A stretch of DNA of 64,000 nt from Bacilli bacterium (GCA_041652475.1 JBAZHG010000003.1:4656-68655), one strand, 5' to 3'; counted from the stretch's first letter, positions 18,157-27,847 are shown. Made by a program: numbers and translations. The notes: generated from the sequence alone by a model not told the origin.

Positions 18157-19092
18157 TCATCCTTCCAAGGCTTGTTTGACGTGAGCGATGTTGCGCGCGT
18201 ACAAATCGATATAGGTAAGGCCGGCCGCCGCGTCGGCTGCCGATCGGTTATGATAACCGTGCAATTCCAACAGCGTCAGTTCGTAATCGGATTTTGCGAG
18301 TTCGGCCTTGATGGTGGTCGCCGCTTTGGGAAGGACCATTTCTTCGATGAACAGGTGATGGCTCCCGGTATCCTTGACCGCGTTCGTGAAGGCAATCAGC
18401 TGCGCGCTCGACAAATCCTCATCCGGCTTGAAATCTTCAAAGAGCGCATGGATTTCGAGTTGGTGCCGAGACCCGAATAGCCCGAGGGCGTTATGTCCGG
18501 CGTAATAAAGGGTGGACTCGAAGTAGGAACCATCCGCAAGATAGTCGATGAAATCGGAGTAAACCGTTTCGATTGAATTGATATAGGTTTGGGCATTCGC
18601 TTCGTAAAGGTCGGCGTTGGCCGGATCGATGGATATGATTTTTTCAAGGATAGCTTCGGTTAGGTGGACGACGACGAGGGGGTCGACCCAATAGTGGATT
18701 TCGTCATGATCGTGCTCGTCTTCGATTCCGAGGGGTCCCTCGAAAGCCGTTTCCTCGTGATCGATGTCGGCATATTGGGACAAGTCCATGACCACGGTGT
18801 CCCCGTCGGCCAAGGCCGTTTCGTTCATCCAGGTGTCGATGGTCGCACTGGTGTAAATGACCAAACGGGCCTTTTCCATGGTCACCATGTCCCGGCTGGA
18901 AGCTTCAAAATCATGGACTTCGGCCCCTGGAGGCAAAATCGAATGGACCGAAATCTTGTCCCCGACGATGTTTTTGGCGATGTCGTATTGGGGAAACATC
19001 GTCACCACGATGTCGGTGTCCACCGGTTGATTGCAGGAGGAAACGCCCAGTAGCAACGTCGTCAGCAATAATGTCAATATTCTTGTTTTCAT
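18157..19092 (-). CDS. znuA: Zinc ABC transporter substrate-binding lipoprotein
   Basis: Lipobox LLGVSSC. Acidic/His loop EDEHDHDEIHYW, typical of ZnuA/AdcA. Confidence 0.88.
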   Translation of the reverse strand: MKTRILTLLLTTLLLGVSSCNQPVDTDIVVTMFPQYDIAKNIVGDKISVHSILPPGAEVHDFEASSRDMVTMEKARLVIYTSATIDTWMNETALADGDTVVMDLSQYADIDHEETAFEGPLGIEDEHDHDEIHYWVDPLVVVHLTEAILEKIISIDPANADLYEANAQTYINSIETVYSDFIDYLADGSYFESTLYYAGHNALGLFGSRHQLEIHALFEDFKPDEDLSSAQLIAFTNAVKDTGSHHLFIEEMVLPKAATTIKAELAKSDYELTLLELHGYHNRSAADAAAGLTYIDLYARNIAHVKQALEG

Positions 19093-19112
19093 CTTTGGCA
19101 GCCTTTTCTAAA

Positions 19113-19127
19113 TGCGAATGATTGGCA
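19113..19127. promoter_or_regulatory. Zur-box candidate (7-1-7 inverted repeat)
   Basis: TGCGAAT-g-ATTGGCA, with one mismatch between the arms, lies 21 nt upstream of the znuA start. It is similar to the Firmicute Zur box TCGTAATnATTACGA. Confidence 0.55.
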
Positions 19128-19171
19128 CATAAAAATATACACGTGGCGGCTTCTTAATGCAAATGGTTCGC

Positions 19172-19200
19172 AAAAGAAAAAACGACCGCCAGGGTCGTTT
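19172..19200 (-). terminator. Rho-independent terminator of sodA
   Basis: aacgacc/ggtcgtt stem with a U-run on the minus-strand transcript. Confidence 0.75.
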
Positions 19201-19220
19201 CTTCGTATTAATGAATGACT

Positions 19221-19826
19221 TTACTTGTTGAGAAATAGTTTTTCGACGTATTCCCAATTGACGACGTTCCAGAAGGCGTTGACGTAATCGGGGCGCCGAT
19301 TTTGGTAATTGAGGTAATAGGCGTGTTCCCACACGTCGAGAAGCAGAATCGGACGACCTTCGGCGAAGGGAATGTCTTGGTTAGCCGAAGAAGTCACTTT
19401 GAGCTTGCCGTCCTTGGTGACGACGAGCCAAGCCCAGCCGCTGCCGAAGCGGGTCTTGGCCGCGTTCGAGAATACTTCTTTGAAGGCTTCAAACGAGCCG
19501 AAGTTCGCGTCGATGGCCTGGGCTAACGCCGGCAAGGGTTTCTTGGCGCTGTTTGGGCCCATCACGAGCCAAAACAGGTTGTGGTTGTAGACGCCGCCGC
19601 CATTGTTGCGGACCGCCATCCGGATGTCTTCCGGGACGGCTTCGAGATTCGACATCAGCTTTTCAAGCGTATGGGCGAACAATTCGGGGTGTTTCTCCAA
19701 AGCGGCGTTCAAGTTGTTGACATAGGCTTGGTGGTGCTTGGTGTGGTGGATGTTCATCGTCCGTTCGTCGATGTACGGTTCCAGCGCGTTGTAGGCATAG
19801 GGTAGGGTTGGTAGGGTGTGTGCCAT
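19221..19826 (-). CDS. sodA: Fe/Mn superoxide dismutase
   Basis: [28 protein letters not shown]. Confidence 0.95.
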   Translation of the reverse strand: MAHTLPTLPYAYNALEPYIDERTMNIHHTKHHQAYVNNLNAALEKHPELFAHTLEKLMSNLEAVPEDIRMAVRNNGGGVYNHNLFWLVMGPNSAKKPLPALAQAIDANFGSFEAFKEVFSNAAKTRFGSGWAWLVVTKDGKLKVTSSANQDIPFAEGRPILLLDVWEHAYYLNYQNRRPDYVNAFWNVVNWEYVEKLFLNK

Positions 19827-19933
19827 GTTATTGATCTCCTTATATTGGTTTTTCCAGGGTTATTCTCCCATCATAGCCAACAAGATTCAAATGATATGCT
19901 TGATGACGCTCAAATGGCCAAAATGACGAAAAT

Positions 19934-20605
19934 TTACATCGTTTTATTCAATCCGACCGTGCCACAAACGTCTTGGACGAAGATGATGCCGTTGCCCGGT
20001 TTCTCAATCTCGAGCTTGTCTTTGACCGAGGTGACGATGGCTTCGGTTTTCTCCCAACCGGAGATGATCAAAATGATTTCCTTCTCAGGTTCGATCGCCA
20101 TGTTTAGAAAGGTCATCGTCTCGTGGATGCCCGACCCGCGCGCGTTGATAATGGTGCCGCCTTGGGCTCCGGCCTCGGTGGCGGCTTTCATGGCCGCGGC
20201 TCCTTTACCTTTGTCGACAATGATGAAGATGGCTTGATGTTTCATGGTCTGGTCCTCGCTTTCGTTGGTTGATAAGAGTTCATAATGTTGGGAACCTAAA
20301 AATTGGGCGACGTCCATATAGAAGGCGATGCCGTGGTTAGGCCGGAGCAAGTGCAGTTCCTGGGTCAATCGTTCCAAAGCTTGATCGACAATATCCTGGG
20401 ATTCGACGACCATGAACACAATTTCCTTACGGAAATCGGCCAATTCCAGGAATTGCAACAAGGGAGCCGATTTGGTTCCGTGGCCGAGTACGATCGTGCC
20501 GCCTTTGATCCCGGCGCTTCGGCCGATGCGGATGACCCGGCTCGATAACCCGGGGTTGACGATGACGACCAACAATTTCCATTGTGGTTTTGCGATTTCG
20601 TTCAT
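19934..20605 (-). CDS. Tandem P-II-like signal-transduction protein
   Basis: Two P-II-like repeats (KLLVVIVNPG...GGTIVLGHGT and AIFIIVDKGKG...GGTIINARGSG). Immediately downstream of DUF1538, which is the usual pairing. Confidence 0.7.
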   Translation of the reverse strand: MNEIAKPQWKLLVVIVNPGLSSRVIRIGRSAGIKGGTIVLGHGTKSAPLLQFLELADFRKEIVFMVVESQDIVDQALERLTQELHLLRPNHGIAFYMDVAQFLGSQHYELLSTNESEDQTMKHQAIFIIVDKGKGAAAMKAATEAGAQGGTIINARGSGIHETMTFLNMAIEPEKEIILIISGWEKTEAIVTSVKDKLEIEKPGNGIIFVQDVCGTVGLNKTM

Positions 20606-20606
20606 G

Positions 20607-22082
20607 CTAGACTCCTCCTTTGACTGATTTCACTTTGTAGATGATGCCAAGAATTTCCAAAGTGATGATCGGCAAGACGGCTACCAGAGCCACCATCCCG
20701 AAGCTGTCGGCCGTCGTGGCCAGGGTGCCGCTGCTGTTGGCCATCCCTTGGACGAAAGCCGCGATGAAACTGACAATGATTGGGCCGGTTGCCACCCCAC
20801 CGGCGTCAAAAGCGATGGCCACGAATATTTTTGGAGTGAAGAACATCAAAACCAAGGCGATGACGAAACCCGGCAACAGAAAGTGCCACACTTTGATAGT
20901 TGGCCAGGAGATCCGAACGGCAATCAGAAAAATAGCCAAACCGACACCTAACGCCAAGGCCCCAAAAACGGCCTTGGGTTTGATGTAACCAGCGGTGACC
21001 TCTTCGATTTGAAGCGTCAAAACTCGAACGGCCGGTTCGGCGATGATGGTCAACGCACCTAATAAAAATGCGATTATGAACAAAATCGATATCCGATTGG
21101 ATTCCATGAGATTGCGGCCGAATTCCCATCCGATGTCCACGAACCCGCCGCGGACGCCAATCAGGAAAACGAATAGTCCAAGGTATACATAGACAAAACC
21201 TTTGATCATGCGGCCGAATTCCCGTCGGTGCAGTTTGAAACTGACGAGCTGGGCCAAGATGAATACCGCAAATAGGGGCAATATTACCAATAAAGACTCA
21301 AGCGCGACCGGCCCGGCCGTTTGTAAAAACGGCCACAAGATGCGGTTGTCGCTGACTACTGGTTGAAAATTGCCTGAAAATGCCAGGTTTCGATTGAATA
21401 AGCCTAATATCAGCATTGCAAAAACCGGTCCGGTTGAAGCCACGGCCACCAGGCCGAAACTATCCTTTTCAGAAGCCTTGCTGTCGCGCCGCATCGACGA
21501 GATACCAAAGGCGAGCGACAACAAAAATGGAACGGCCAAGATTCCGGTCGTGGCTCCGGAGGCGTCGAACGCCAAGGCGATAAATGAGGGATCAGAAAAA
21601 CAGGCCAAGACAAGAATCAGCCCGTAAAGCACCAGCAAAACGATATACAATGGCCAGCCTTTGATGGTGCGTAAGAGTCCGAAAGCCACCATGATCGCCA
21701 ATCCGATGGAAACATATACCACGATCAATAGATTGTTTAGTGCCCCGACGGTGGCTTGATCGATCTGGGACGCCAATACGAGCAGGCCGGGTTCGGCCAA
21801 CGAGACAAGGAATCCAAGCAGAAGACCGCCAAGGATGACCATCCACAAGCGATTGGTCTTAACTAGATGCAGCCCCGTGAGATTCCCCAAGGGAGTGATT
21901 GCCAAATCAACCCCAATCAAGAAAAAAGACAAACCGATGATTAAAAGCATGGTTCCGATTCCAAATCTGAAAACGAGACCGGGGCCGAAATCGGCAATGA
22001 AAAAATTCCCGATAAGAACGATGATAATTATTGGAAGAACAGCTAAGAAATTATTCCATAACTGTTTCGTCAAAATATTCAT
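20607..22082 (-). CDS. DUF1538-type polytopic membrane protein (duplicated domain)
   Basis: 491 aa, about 12 TM segments, with an internal duplication containing FDASGATTG / FDAGGVATGP motifs. Confidence 0.65.
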   Translation of the reverse strand: MNILTKQLWNNFLAVLPIIIIVLIGNFFIADFGPGLVFRFGIGTMLLIIGLSFFLIGVDLAITPLGNLTGLHLVKTNRLWMVILGGLLLGFLVSLAEPGLLVLASQIDQATVGALNNLLIVVYVSIGLAIMVAFGLLRTIKGWPLYIVLLVLYGLILVLACFSDPSFIALAFDASGATTGILAVPFLLSLAFGISSMRRDSKASEKDSFGLVAVASTGPVFAMLILGLFNRNLAFSGNFQPVVSDNRILWPFLQTAGPVALESLLVILPLFAVFILAQLVSFKLHRREFGRMIKGFVYVYLGLFVFLIGVRGGFVDIGWEFGRNLMESNRISILFIIAFLLGALTIIAEPAVRVLTLQIEEVTAGYIKPKAVFGALALGVGLAIFLIAVRISWPTIKVWHFLLPGFVIALVLMFFTPKIFVAIAFDAGGVATGPIIVSFIAAFVQGMANSSGTLATTADSFGMVALVAVLPIITLEILGIIYKVKSVKGGV

Positions 22083-22251
22083 AAATCAATTATAGATGAT
22101 ATTTATGACGGCCTCAAAAACAATAGTCGATAAACGATTACTTTTGTCAACTAAGGCAGGATGACAGTGAAAAAAGCCTCTTTTTGCTCAAAAAATGCAT
22201 TTTTTATCTAGAGATATCGTTCATACGATATTATTAAAGTGAGGTGATAAC

Positions 22252-22659
22252 ATGTTTTTGAAAATGGTCATTTTGTATGGTTTGACGCTGGTGGTTTTTC
22301 TAGGCATCGACTTAGTCTGGCTTTTAAAAATTGCCCCCAAATTCTATCGCAAGCATATAGGACATTTGATGGCGGATAAGCCCAACGGTCCGGCTGCTTT
22401 AGTATTTTACTTATTATTTATTGTCGGAATCGTCGTTTTCGCCGTTTATCCCAGCTATGACCATGGTCTTTGGTGGCAAGCCCCTCTTTATGGAGCCTTA
22501 TTCGGCTTAATGACTTATGGGACCTACGATTTGACCAATATGGCCACCTTGAAAGGTTGGCCCATCAAAGTCACTGTCATCGATTTAATATGGGGAACCT
22601 CCTTGTCGGCGGTTACCTCGACGATCGTGTTCTTCCTCGCGACGTTATTGGGGGTATAA
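22252..22659 (+). CDS. Small 4-TM membrane protein (DUF2177-like)
   Basis: 135 aa with GAGGTG upstream. The family name is recalled from memory only. Confidence 0.5.
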   Translation: MFLKMVILYGLTLVVFLGIDLVWLLKIAPKFYRKHIGHLMADKPNGPAALVFYLLFIVGIVVFAVYPSYDHGLWWQAPLYGALFGLMTYGTYDLTNMATLKGWPIKVTVIDLIWGTSLSAVTSTIVFFLATLLGV

Positions 22660-22663
22660 CCTT

Positions 22664-23467
22664 ATGTCAATCTGGCAATTCGTCATCCCGCTTGCGGTTA
22701 TTCTCGTTTATTTCACCGTCTTGTATTTCGTGGCCGAAGCCAAACGCAACTACGGCCTCGTCGACATCGGCTGGGGCGCGGGTTTCGTCATCGTGGCCAT
22801 TGTCTCGGCCATCCTGCAACTGGTATTTCATGGATTTCTTTCGGTCACGGCCATCGCCGTTTTGGCGGTGACGACGTTTTGGGGTTTACGCCTGTCTTGG
22901 CACATCCTTAAACGCAATCGCGGCCGGAGCGAGGATTTCCGTTACGTCGCCATGAGGGAGCGCTACGCTAAAAGAAAGCACCCGAAGCTAGCGGCTTACG
23001 CCCGCATATTCCTGACCCAAGCCTTTTTCATGATCGTCATCGGCTTGGTCGTCGTCCTCGGCATCGGACAAACGCGGCTAGCCAGTGATTTCTGGCACTA
23101 TGCATTGATTGGTTTGGGCTTGCTCATTTGGATTTTCGGATTCGTGTTCGAATCGGTCGGCGACGCCCAATTGGCCCGCTTCTTGAAGGACCCATCGAAC
23201 AAAGGCAAGATCATGGACCGCGGCCTGTGGCGTTATACCCGGCACCCGAATTATTTCGGCGAGGCGACCATGTGGGTCGGCGTCGGAGTGATGGCCTTGT
23301 CGGTTGCTTGGGGCTTTCTCGGGTTGATCAGTCCCTTGACGATCACCTGGCTCTTGGTGTTTGTTTCGGGCATTCCCCTGCTTGAAAAAGCCATGATGAA
23401 ACGGCCCGAATTTGTCGAATACGCCCGCAAAACCTCAATCTTTGTGCCTTGGTTCCCTAAAAAATAA
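22664..23467 (+). CDS. DUF1295 / steroid 5-alpha-reductase-like membrane protein
   Basis: WRYTRHPNYFGEATMW motif. Confidence 0.75.
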   Translation: MSIWQFVIPLAVILVYFTVLYFVAEAKRNYGLVDIGWGAGFVIVAIVSAILQLVFHGFLSVTAIAVLAVTTFWGLRLSWHILKRNRGRSEDFRYVAMRERYAKRKHPKLAAYARIFLTQAFFMIVIGLVVVLGIGQTRLASDFWHYALIGLGLLIWIFGFVFESVGDAQLARFLKDPSNKGKIMDRGLWRYTRHPNYFGEATMWVGVGVMALSVAWGFLGLISPLTITWLLVFVSGIPLLEKAMMKRPEFVEYARKTSIFVPWFPKK

Positions 23468-23498
23468 CTTCACTTATCAAAATGACCGGTACTCTTAA

Positions 23499-24344
23499 AT
23501 GAAAATGAGAATCATCACCGACAGCACCTCGGAAATCTCCCAACGAGAAGCCGCCGAATTGGGCATCATCGTCATTCCGCTCCACGTCGAAATCGAGGGA
23601 CGGGATTTCATCGACGGGGTGACGATCACCAACAAAGAATTTTTCAGTTATCTCCGCGTGGCTAAAAAACTTCCCCGAACCTCGGCTATCAATCCGGCCG
23701 CTTTCATCGAAGCTTTCTCCTCAGTTCCCGCCGAGGAACCGATCTTGGCGATTTTGCTTTCGAGCGAACTGTCGACCACTTATCAATCGTCGCTCATCGC
23801 CAAGGCCGAGCTTCAACGGCAAAATATCACCCTTTACGATTCGCATCAGGCGACTTTGGGGCTTTGTGCCTTAGTCAAGGCAGCGGTCCAATTCTGCAAC
23901 CAAGGTGACGACATCGAGACGATTACCGCCAAATTGGACGAGATTTCCTCACGGATGGTGTTGGAGGCCGCTTTCAATGACCTCAAATACCTCGCCATGG
24001 GAGGGCGGATGCCGAAAGCCGTCGCCACGATCGGCTCTTGGATCAACCTGCGGCCGATCATCACCATGAAACACGGCAAGATTCACCTGGCTTCGGCCAC
24101 CATCGGCATCGGGCGGGCCATGGGGCACATGGTCAAACGTTTGGCGGAAACCGATATCGACGAAACGCTCCCGCATTTCATTGCCCATTCAGACGCCCCG
24201 GAAATTTTCCAAAAATTTTCCCGTTTGATTGCCACGGCAAAGCCGGGGTTCCCGATTGATAACCCCAATTTCGTCGGAATCACGGTCGGAACCCATGCCG
24301 GGCCGGGCTGCGTCGGCCTCGTATATTTCAAAAAATCAAACTAA
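23499..24344 (+). CDS. degV: DegV-family fatty-acid-binding protein
   Basis: The N-terminus IITDSTSEIS... and overall length and pattern are typical of DegV. Confidence 0.85.
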   Translation: MKMRIITDSTSEISQREAAELGIIVIPLHVEIEGRDFIDGVTITNKEFFSYLRVAKKLPRTSAINPAAFIEAFSSVPAEEPILAILLSSELSTTYQSSLIAKAELQRQNITLYDSHQATLGLCALVKAAVQFCNQGDDIETITAKLDEISSRMVLEAAFNDLKYLAMGGRMPKAVATIGSWINLRPIITMKHGKIHLASATIGIGRAMGHMVKRLAETDIDETLPHFIAHSDAPEIFQKFSRLIATAKPGFPIDNPNFVGITVGTHAGPGCVGLVYFKKSN

Positions 24345-24371
24345 CTCATAAAGAAAGCCAAGTAATTTGCT

Positions 24372-24400
24372 TTGACAATTAGGATTCATAAATCTATAAT
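24372..24400 (+). promoter_or_regulatory. Consensus sigma-A promoter (TTGACA-17-TATAAT) driving riboswitch 1
   Basis: TTGACA at 24372-24377 and TATAAT at 24395-24400, with a 17-nt spacer. Confidence 0.75.
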
Positions 24401-24413
24401 TTCAATTGTAAAA

Positions 24414-24480
24414 GGCAAAGTTAGAGCAATCTAGCGACGCAAAACTATAGGGCCTTGATCCAAAAAGGTAGCCAGTTGCC
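24414..24480 (+). promoter_or_regulatory. c-di-GMP-I (GEMM-I) riboswitch aptamer, copy 1
   Basis: GNRA-capped hairpin TAGA-GCAA-TCTA (24422-24433), then GCGACGCAAAACTATAGGGCC ... GGTAGCCAGTTGCC. This matches the conserved GACGCAAAGC / GGGxC / GGUAGC...GUUGCC cores of known GEMM-I aptamers such as Vc2 and C. difficile Cd1. Confidence 0.8.
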
Positions 24481-24505
24481 ATATTTTGGTCAATTGGCTT
24501 TTTTC
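24471..24505 (+). terminator. Intrinsic terminator whose 5' arm is the 3' strand of aptamer 1 (expression platform)
   Basis: gccagttg (24471-24478) pairs with caattggc (24491-24498), including one G-U pair. TTTTTT follows. Confidence 0.65.
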
Positions 24506-24524
24506 TTTAAATAAGGACGAACCG

Positions 24525-25430
24525 ATGAAAAGGAAGCAGAAACTCATGGTATTCTCGGCTTTGACCCTCGTGGCGACGATTACCGCGTTGACGAGCTTTT
24601 CTTTGGCTTGGTTCGAAAACAATTTGCCGATCGATAACACCCTCACACTCTCATCGGGCGAATCGGTCGCTGCGGTCGAGGGCTACCTTTATCAGCAGAA
24701 TCCCAACAACCAACAAACCCAGGACTTGCTGGGTTTCTATAAAAACCAAGGCAGTTATCTCAATGTGACCCGGACGCCGGACGCGACCGACGTCGGGGCC
24801 TTTGACATCACTTTCTCGGATTCGATCTTTTTGGATTTGAACCTTTTGAACACTTATTTGAACGAATTCGCCTTGAACGAATTGGCGTTTCCAACCTACT
24901 ACATCGAATTGCGGATCATCAAAGAGAACTTCGATGCCTACGCCAAGATGACGATGGAGTATGTCGGCATCCCGACCGCGGGTTCAAACGAACTTGACTA
25001 TTCGAGCGAATACCCGTTCACGTATCGCTCGATCATTGCCAGCAATAACGCCGTCGATTTATATGAATCGCCGCTGCCGTCATTTCTTGACGAAATCGCC
25101 GCCGAGGAACCGGTTCCTTTCTTCGCCAATAGCGGCGATCGGACTAACGGCATCCCGGTTTTCACCCTTGACGATCTTGACGGAGCTCCGGTCGATCCCG
25201 AGACGCCCGGCTTGGCCCCGCAGCTTTACGTGCAGGGATTCCCTTATACCTCGGGCACGACGGGGGAACTCCTCTTCACCAAATCGATCGTGTTTGAGAT
25301 CAAACTCGACGTTTTGCAATTTTTGGAATACTTAAGGACGCAACCCGACGCCATGAACAAATCGATTCGATTTGGCATATCCTTCCGGATTGACGTCATC
25401 TATTCGAACGATCCGGTCATGGAGAGCTGA
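24525..25430 (+). CDS. Secreted protein with a SipW-cognate (TasA/camelysin-type) signal peptide; locus protein A
   Basis: Start at MKRKQKL, with AAGGA 8 nt upstream. N-terminus ...VATITALTSFSLAWFENN. No other recognised domain. Confidence 0.7.
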   Translation: MKRKQKLMVFSALTLVATITALTSFSLAWFENNLPIDNTLTLSSGESVAAVEGYLYQQNPNNQQTQDLLGFYKNQGSYLNVTRTPDATDVGAFDITFSDSIFLDLNLLNTYLNEFALNELAFPTYYIELRIIKENFDAYAKMTMEYVGIPTAGSNELDYSSEYPFTYRSIIASNNAVDLYESPLPSFLDEIAAEEPVPFFANSGDRTNGIPVFTLDDLDGAPVDPETPGLAPQLYVQGFPYTSGTTGELLFTKSIVFEIKLDVLQFLEYLRTQPDAMNKSIRFGISFRIDVIYSNDPVMES

Positions 25431-25431
25431 A

Positions 25432-27834
25432 ATGAAAAAAAGCGGCATCGTTAAATTCGGTTTGATTTCCACCCTGCTCGCGGCTTCGGCCTCGGTCATC
25501 GCTTTTACCTATGCCGCCTATTTGAATTACGATAAGTACATCCATCCGCTGGATTTGAACACGACCGCCCTCTCGAGCCATTTCGCCGGCGGGACCGGCA
25601 TTGAGACGAGTCCCTACCTGATTGCCAACAGCACCCATTTGCGGAATCTGCAAAAACTGACCACGCTTGGGGTATTCCGCAGCAACGCGTTCTTCGCCGT
25701 CCAAGATAGTTTCACATGGGACAACACCGACGGAGCCTTGCTTCCGATTGGGACCGAAGACAATCCGTTCTACGGCACTTTCGACGGCCGCGGCCGCACG
25801 ATCACCAACCTGATAGTAAACGGGGCGAACACCAACGACGTCGGCATGTTTGGTTACGTGGCCATGGAAGGGCTCATCCGCAATCTCGTCTTGAGCGCCC
25901 CAACTATTTATGTGACGGAAAACAGCGGTGAGGCCGCCGACAAGACGCGGCGGACCATGAATCCGCTTGATGATTATCTACTCACCTACGCGCAAGCGTT
26001 GAATGACGTCGACCTCGTGTCTTCGACCAGTTCCTCGGCCACCTTCTTGGTGCCGGAAACGAGCGTTTCCATTTCACTAGGCGGTTCCGTCGAGGATTTC
26101 GACATCGTCTACGAATCGACCGATACCGATCTTTTGTTTGAAAGTTCCCCCGGTTACTGGACGACGGCGGCCACCCCGGGTTCGACCAATCCGACCACCG
26201 ATCTCTATCCGGTGCAGTTATCGGCCCGCATCTTCGCCATTTACGAAGCGAAAGTAATTTCCTATACCTTGGAACGTTGGCAAATCAACGTCAAGGGCAA
26301 CGGCACCGTCGTCGATGACGCCGAATCCATTTTCAAGACCGTCCACCCGGCCGAAGCCGACCATGAGACATATGTCGGCATCTTCGTCGGGCATCTCGAC
26401 GGAGGTGCTTCTTATCTTGGATTATGGGGCGGGAATACTGACAGCACGACCGCTAACGGCAAGATTGTCGTCAACGGGCGAGCCGCCCGCAGTTTCAACG
26501 TCTTGGTGGGCCGGTCCCGGACCGACAATCCGCTCGATGCCACCGCGGCCAATTACTATAACCGTTTCATCAACTTCAACGAGGTCCTCTATAACAACCC
26601 GGGCATGCGCACCACATTGTGGTCGATTCCCCAGACCCCGCTGAGATCCTCCTATTTGACTCAAGAATCCAACGCCATTTCGGCGACGCAATCCTATGGA
26701 TTGACCGCGGCTGAGGCTGCCTATTTCCGGATTTATCCGCGCATTCAAAACACGGCCACCACGTTCGATGCCGTCGAAGACAATGGCACAATTACAACCG
26801 GCAAACCCTATTCGGGTTATGGAATCCGTTTCCAGCACGCCTCTTCGGGAGGGACAATCACCACTGACGGACGGTTGGGGGCAAGCGTCCGTGCCACCTT
26901 GCAAAGCACCACGTATTTCCGCCGCAATTTCAACGTCTTGAACGGATTATGGCTCTGGTCGACCGACAAGATCAACTCGCGGGCCGAAGACGTTTTTGGT
27001 TTAAACGAATTCGAAGTGTCGATCAATATGTCCTACGTGGCGACCTCGACCTCCTTGAACAATAAATTCCAAATCTTGTGGAACACTTATAATCCCGACG
27101 CCGTCTACAAGTTTTTATGGTGGACTTGGGAAGCCAACAAGGTCCAAAACGAGGCTTGGGGCGATTTGTCGGCCCAAACCACCGTGGTCGACGGAGTGAC
27201 GGTTCCGATTTACAGTCCCAACAACCATCCGTTGATCACCCAATTGACGCCGACCCGGACTTCGAGCGGCGTGATTCAGGAAACCTCGATCAATTTCGTC
27301 GTCAATCGCGAGGACAACGGCTTCTGGGAGAACTTATTTGACTACATCTTATTGAATGAACCCTATTACCCGATGTTTGCCTTCGGAGTCGGCAAAAACG
27401 GCACTTATACCACCGACGCTTACGTCCAACAAAGCATCAGCGGCACGACTTACCGCTTCTATGACGGCCGCTACGCCGTCGACAATTACACCTTGGACAT
27501 CTTGAGCATCGAGCTCCTTTTCACCGCCCGGGAAGGAAACATCTCCAATTTGCTGAACAACGTCGATTTCCTGTACTCGCTTCCGACCTACACCAACAAT
27601 CCGGACGGATCGACCACGTTCTCGGCTTGGAACAAAGCCTCGAAGGTCAAGGTTCAATTCAACGTCGAAGATCCCGCGCTGAACCAAAGCGGCACCACCT
27701 ATCGCTTCTGGCGGGTGGCCGGTTTCAGCGGCGTCAACTCCTACGTCAACGGCGTTTACACGACCGGGACCAATTACGCTCCCTTCAATACAGTTGGATA
27801 TGACAACGCCACATTGACCCCTGGAGCCGCTTAA
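25432..27834 (+). CDS. Large (800 aa) secreted/surface protein with an adhesin-like beta-helix/GLUG-type N-terminal module; locus protein B
   Basis: Start at MKKSGIVKFG, one nt after the stop of A. Signal ...ASASVIAFTYAAYLNY. Then GTGIETSPYLIANSTHLRNL...LPIGTEDNPFYGTFDGRGRTITNLIV...VGMFGYV..IRNL, a signature common to GLUG/beta-helix surface proteins. Confidence 0.6.
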   Translation: MKKSGIVKFGLISTLLAASASVIAFTYAAYLNYDKYIHPLDLNTTALSSHFAGGTGIETSPYLIANSTHLRNLQKLTTLGVFRSNAFFAVQDSFTWDNTDGALLPIGTEDNPFYGTFDGRGRTITNLIVNGANTNDVGMFGYVAMEGLIRNLVLSAPTIYVTENSGEAADKTRRTMNPLDDYLLTYAQALNDVDLVSSTSSSATFLVPETSVSISLGGSVEDFDIVYESTDTDLLFESSPGYWTTAATPGSTNPTTDLYPVQLSARIFAIYEAKVISYTLERWQINVKGNGTVVDDAESIFKTVHPAEADHETYVGIFVGHLDGGASYLGLWGGNTDSTTANGKIVVNGRAARSFNVLVGRSRTDNPLDATAANYYNRFINFNEVLYNNPGMRTTLWSIPQTPLRSSYLTQESNAISATQSYGLTAAEAAYFRIYPRIQNTATTFDAVEDNGTITTGKPYSGYGIRFQHASSGGTITTDGRLGASVRATLQSTTYFRRNFNVLNGLWLWSTDKINSRAEDVFGLNEFEVSINMSYVATSTSLNNKFQILWNTYNPDAVYKFLWWTWEANKVQNEAWGDLSAQTTVVDGVTVPIYSPNNHPLITQLTPTRTSSGVIQETSINFVVNREDNGFWENLFDYILLNEPYYPMFAFGVGKNGTYTTDAYVQQSISGTTYRFYDGRYAVDNYTLDILSIELLFTAREGNISNLLNNVDFLYSLPTYTNNPDGSTTFSAWNKASKVKVQFNVEDPALNQSGTTYRFWRVAGFSGVNSYVNGVYTTGTNYAPFNTVGYDNATLTPGAA

Positions 27835-27847
27835 TGGCGGACTAATT

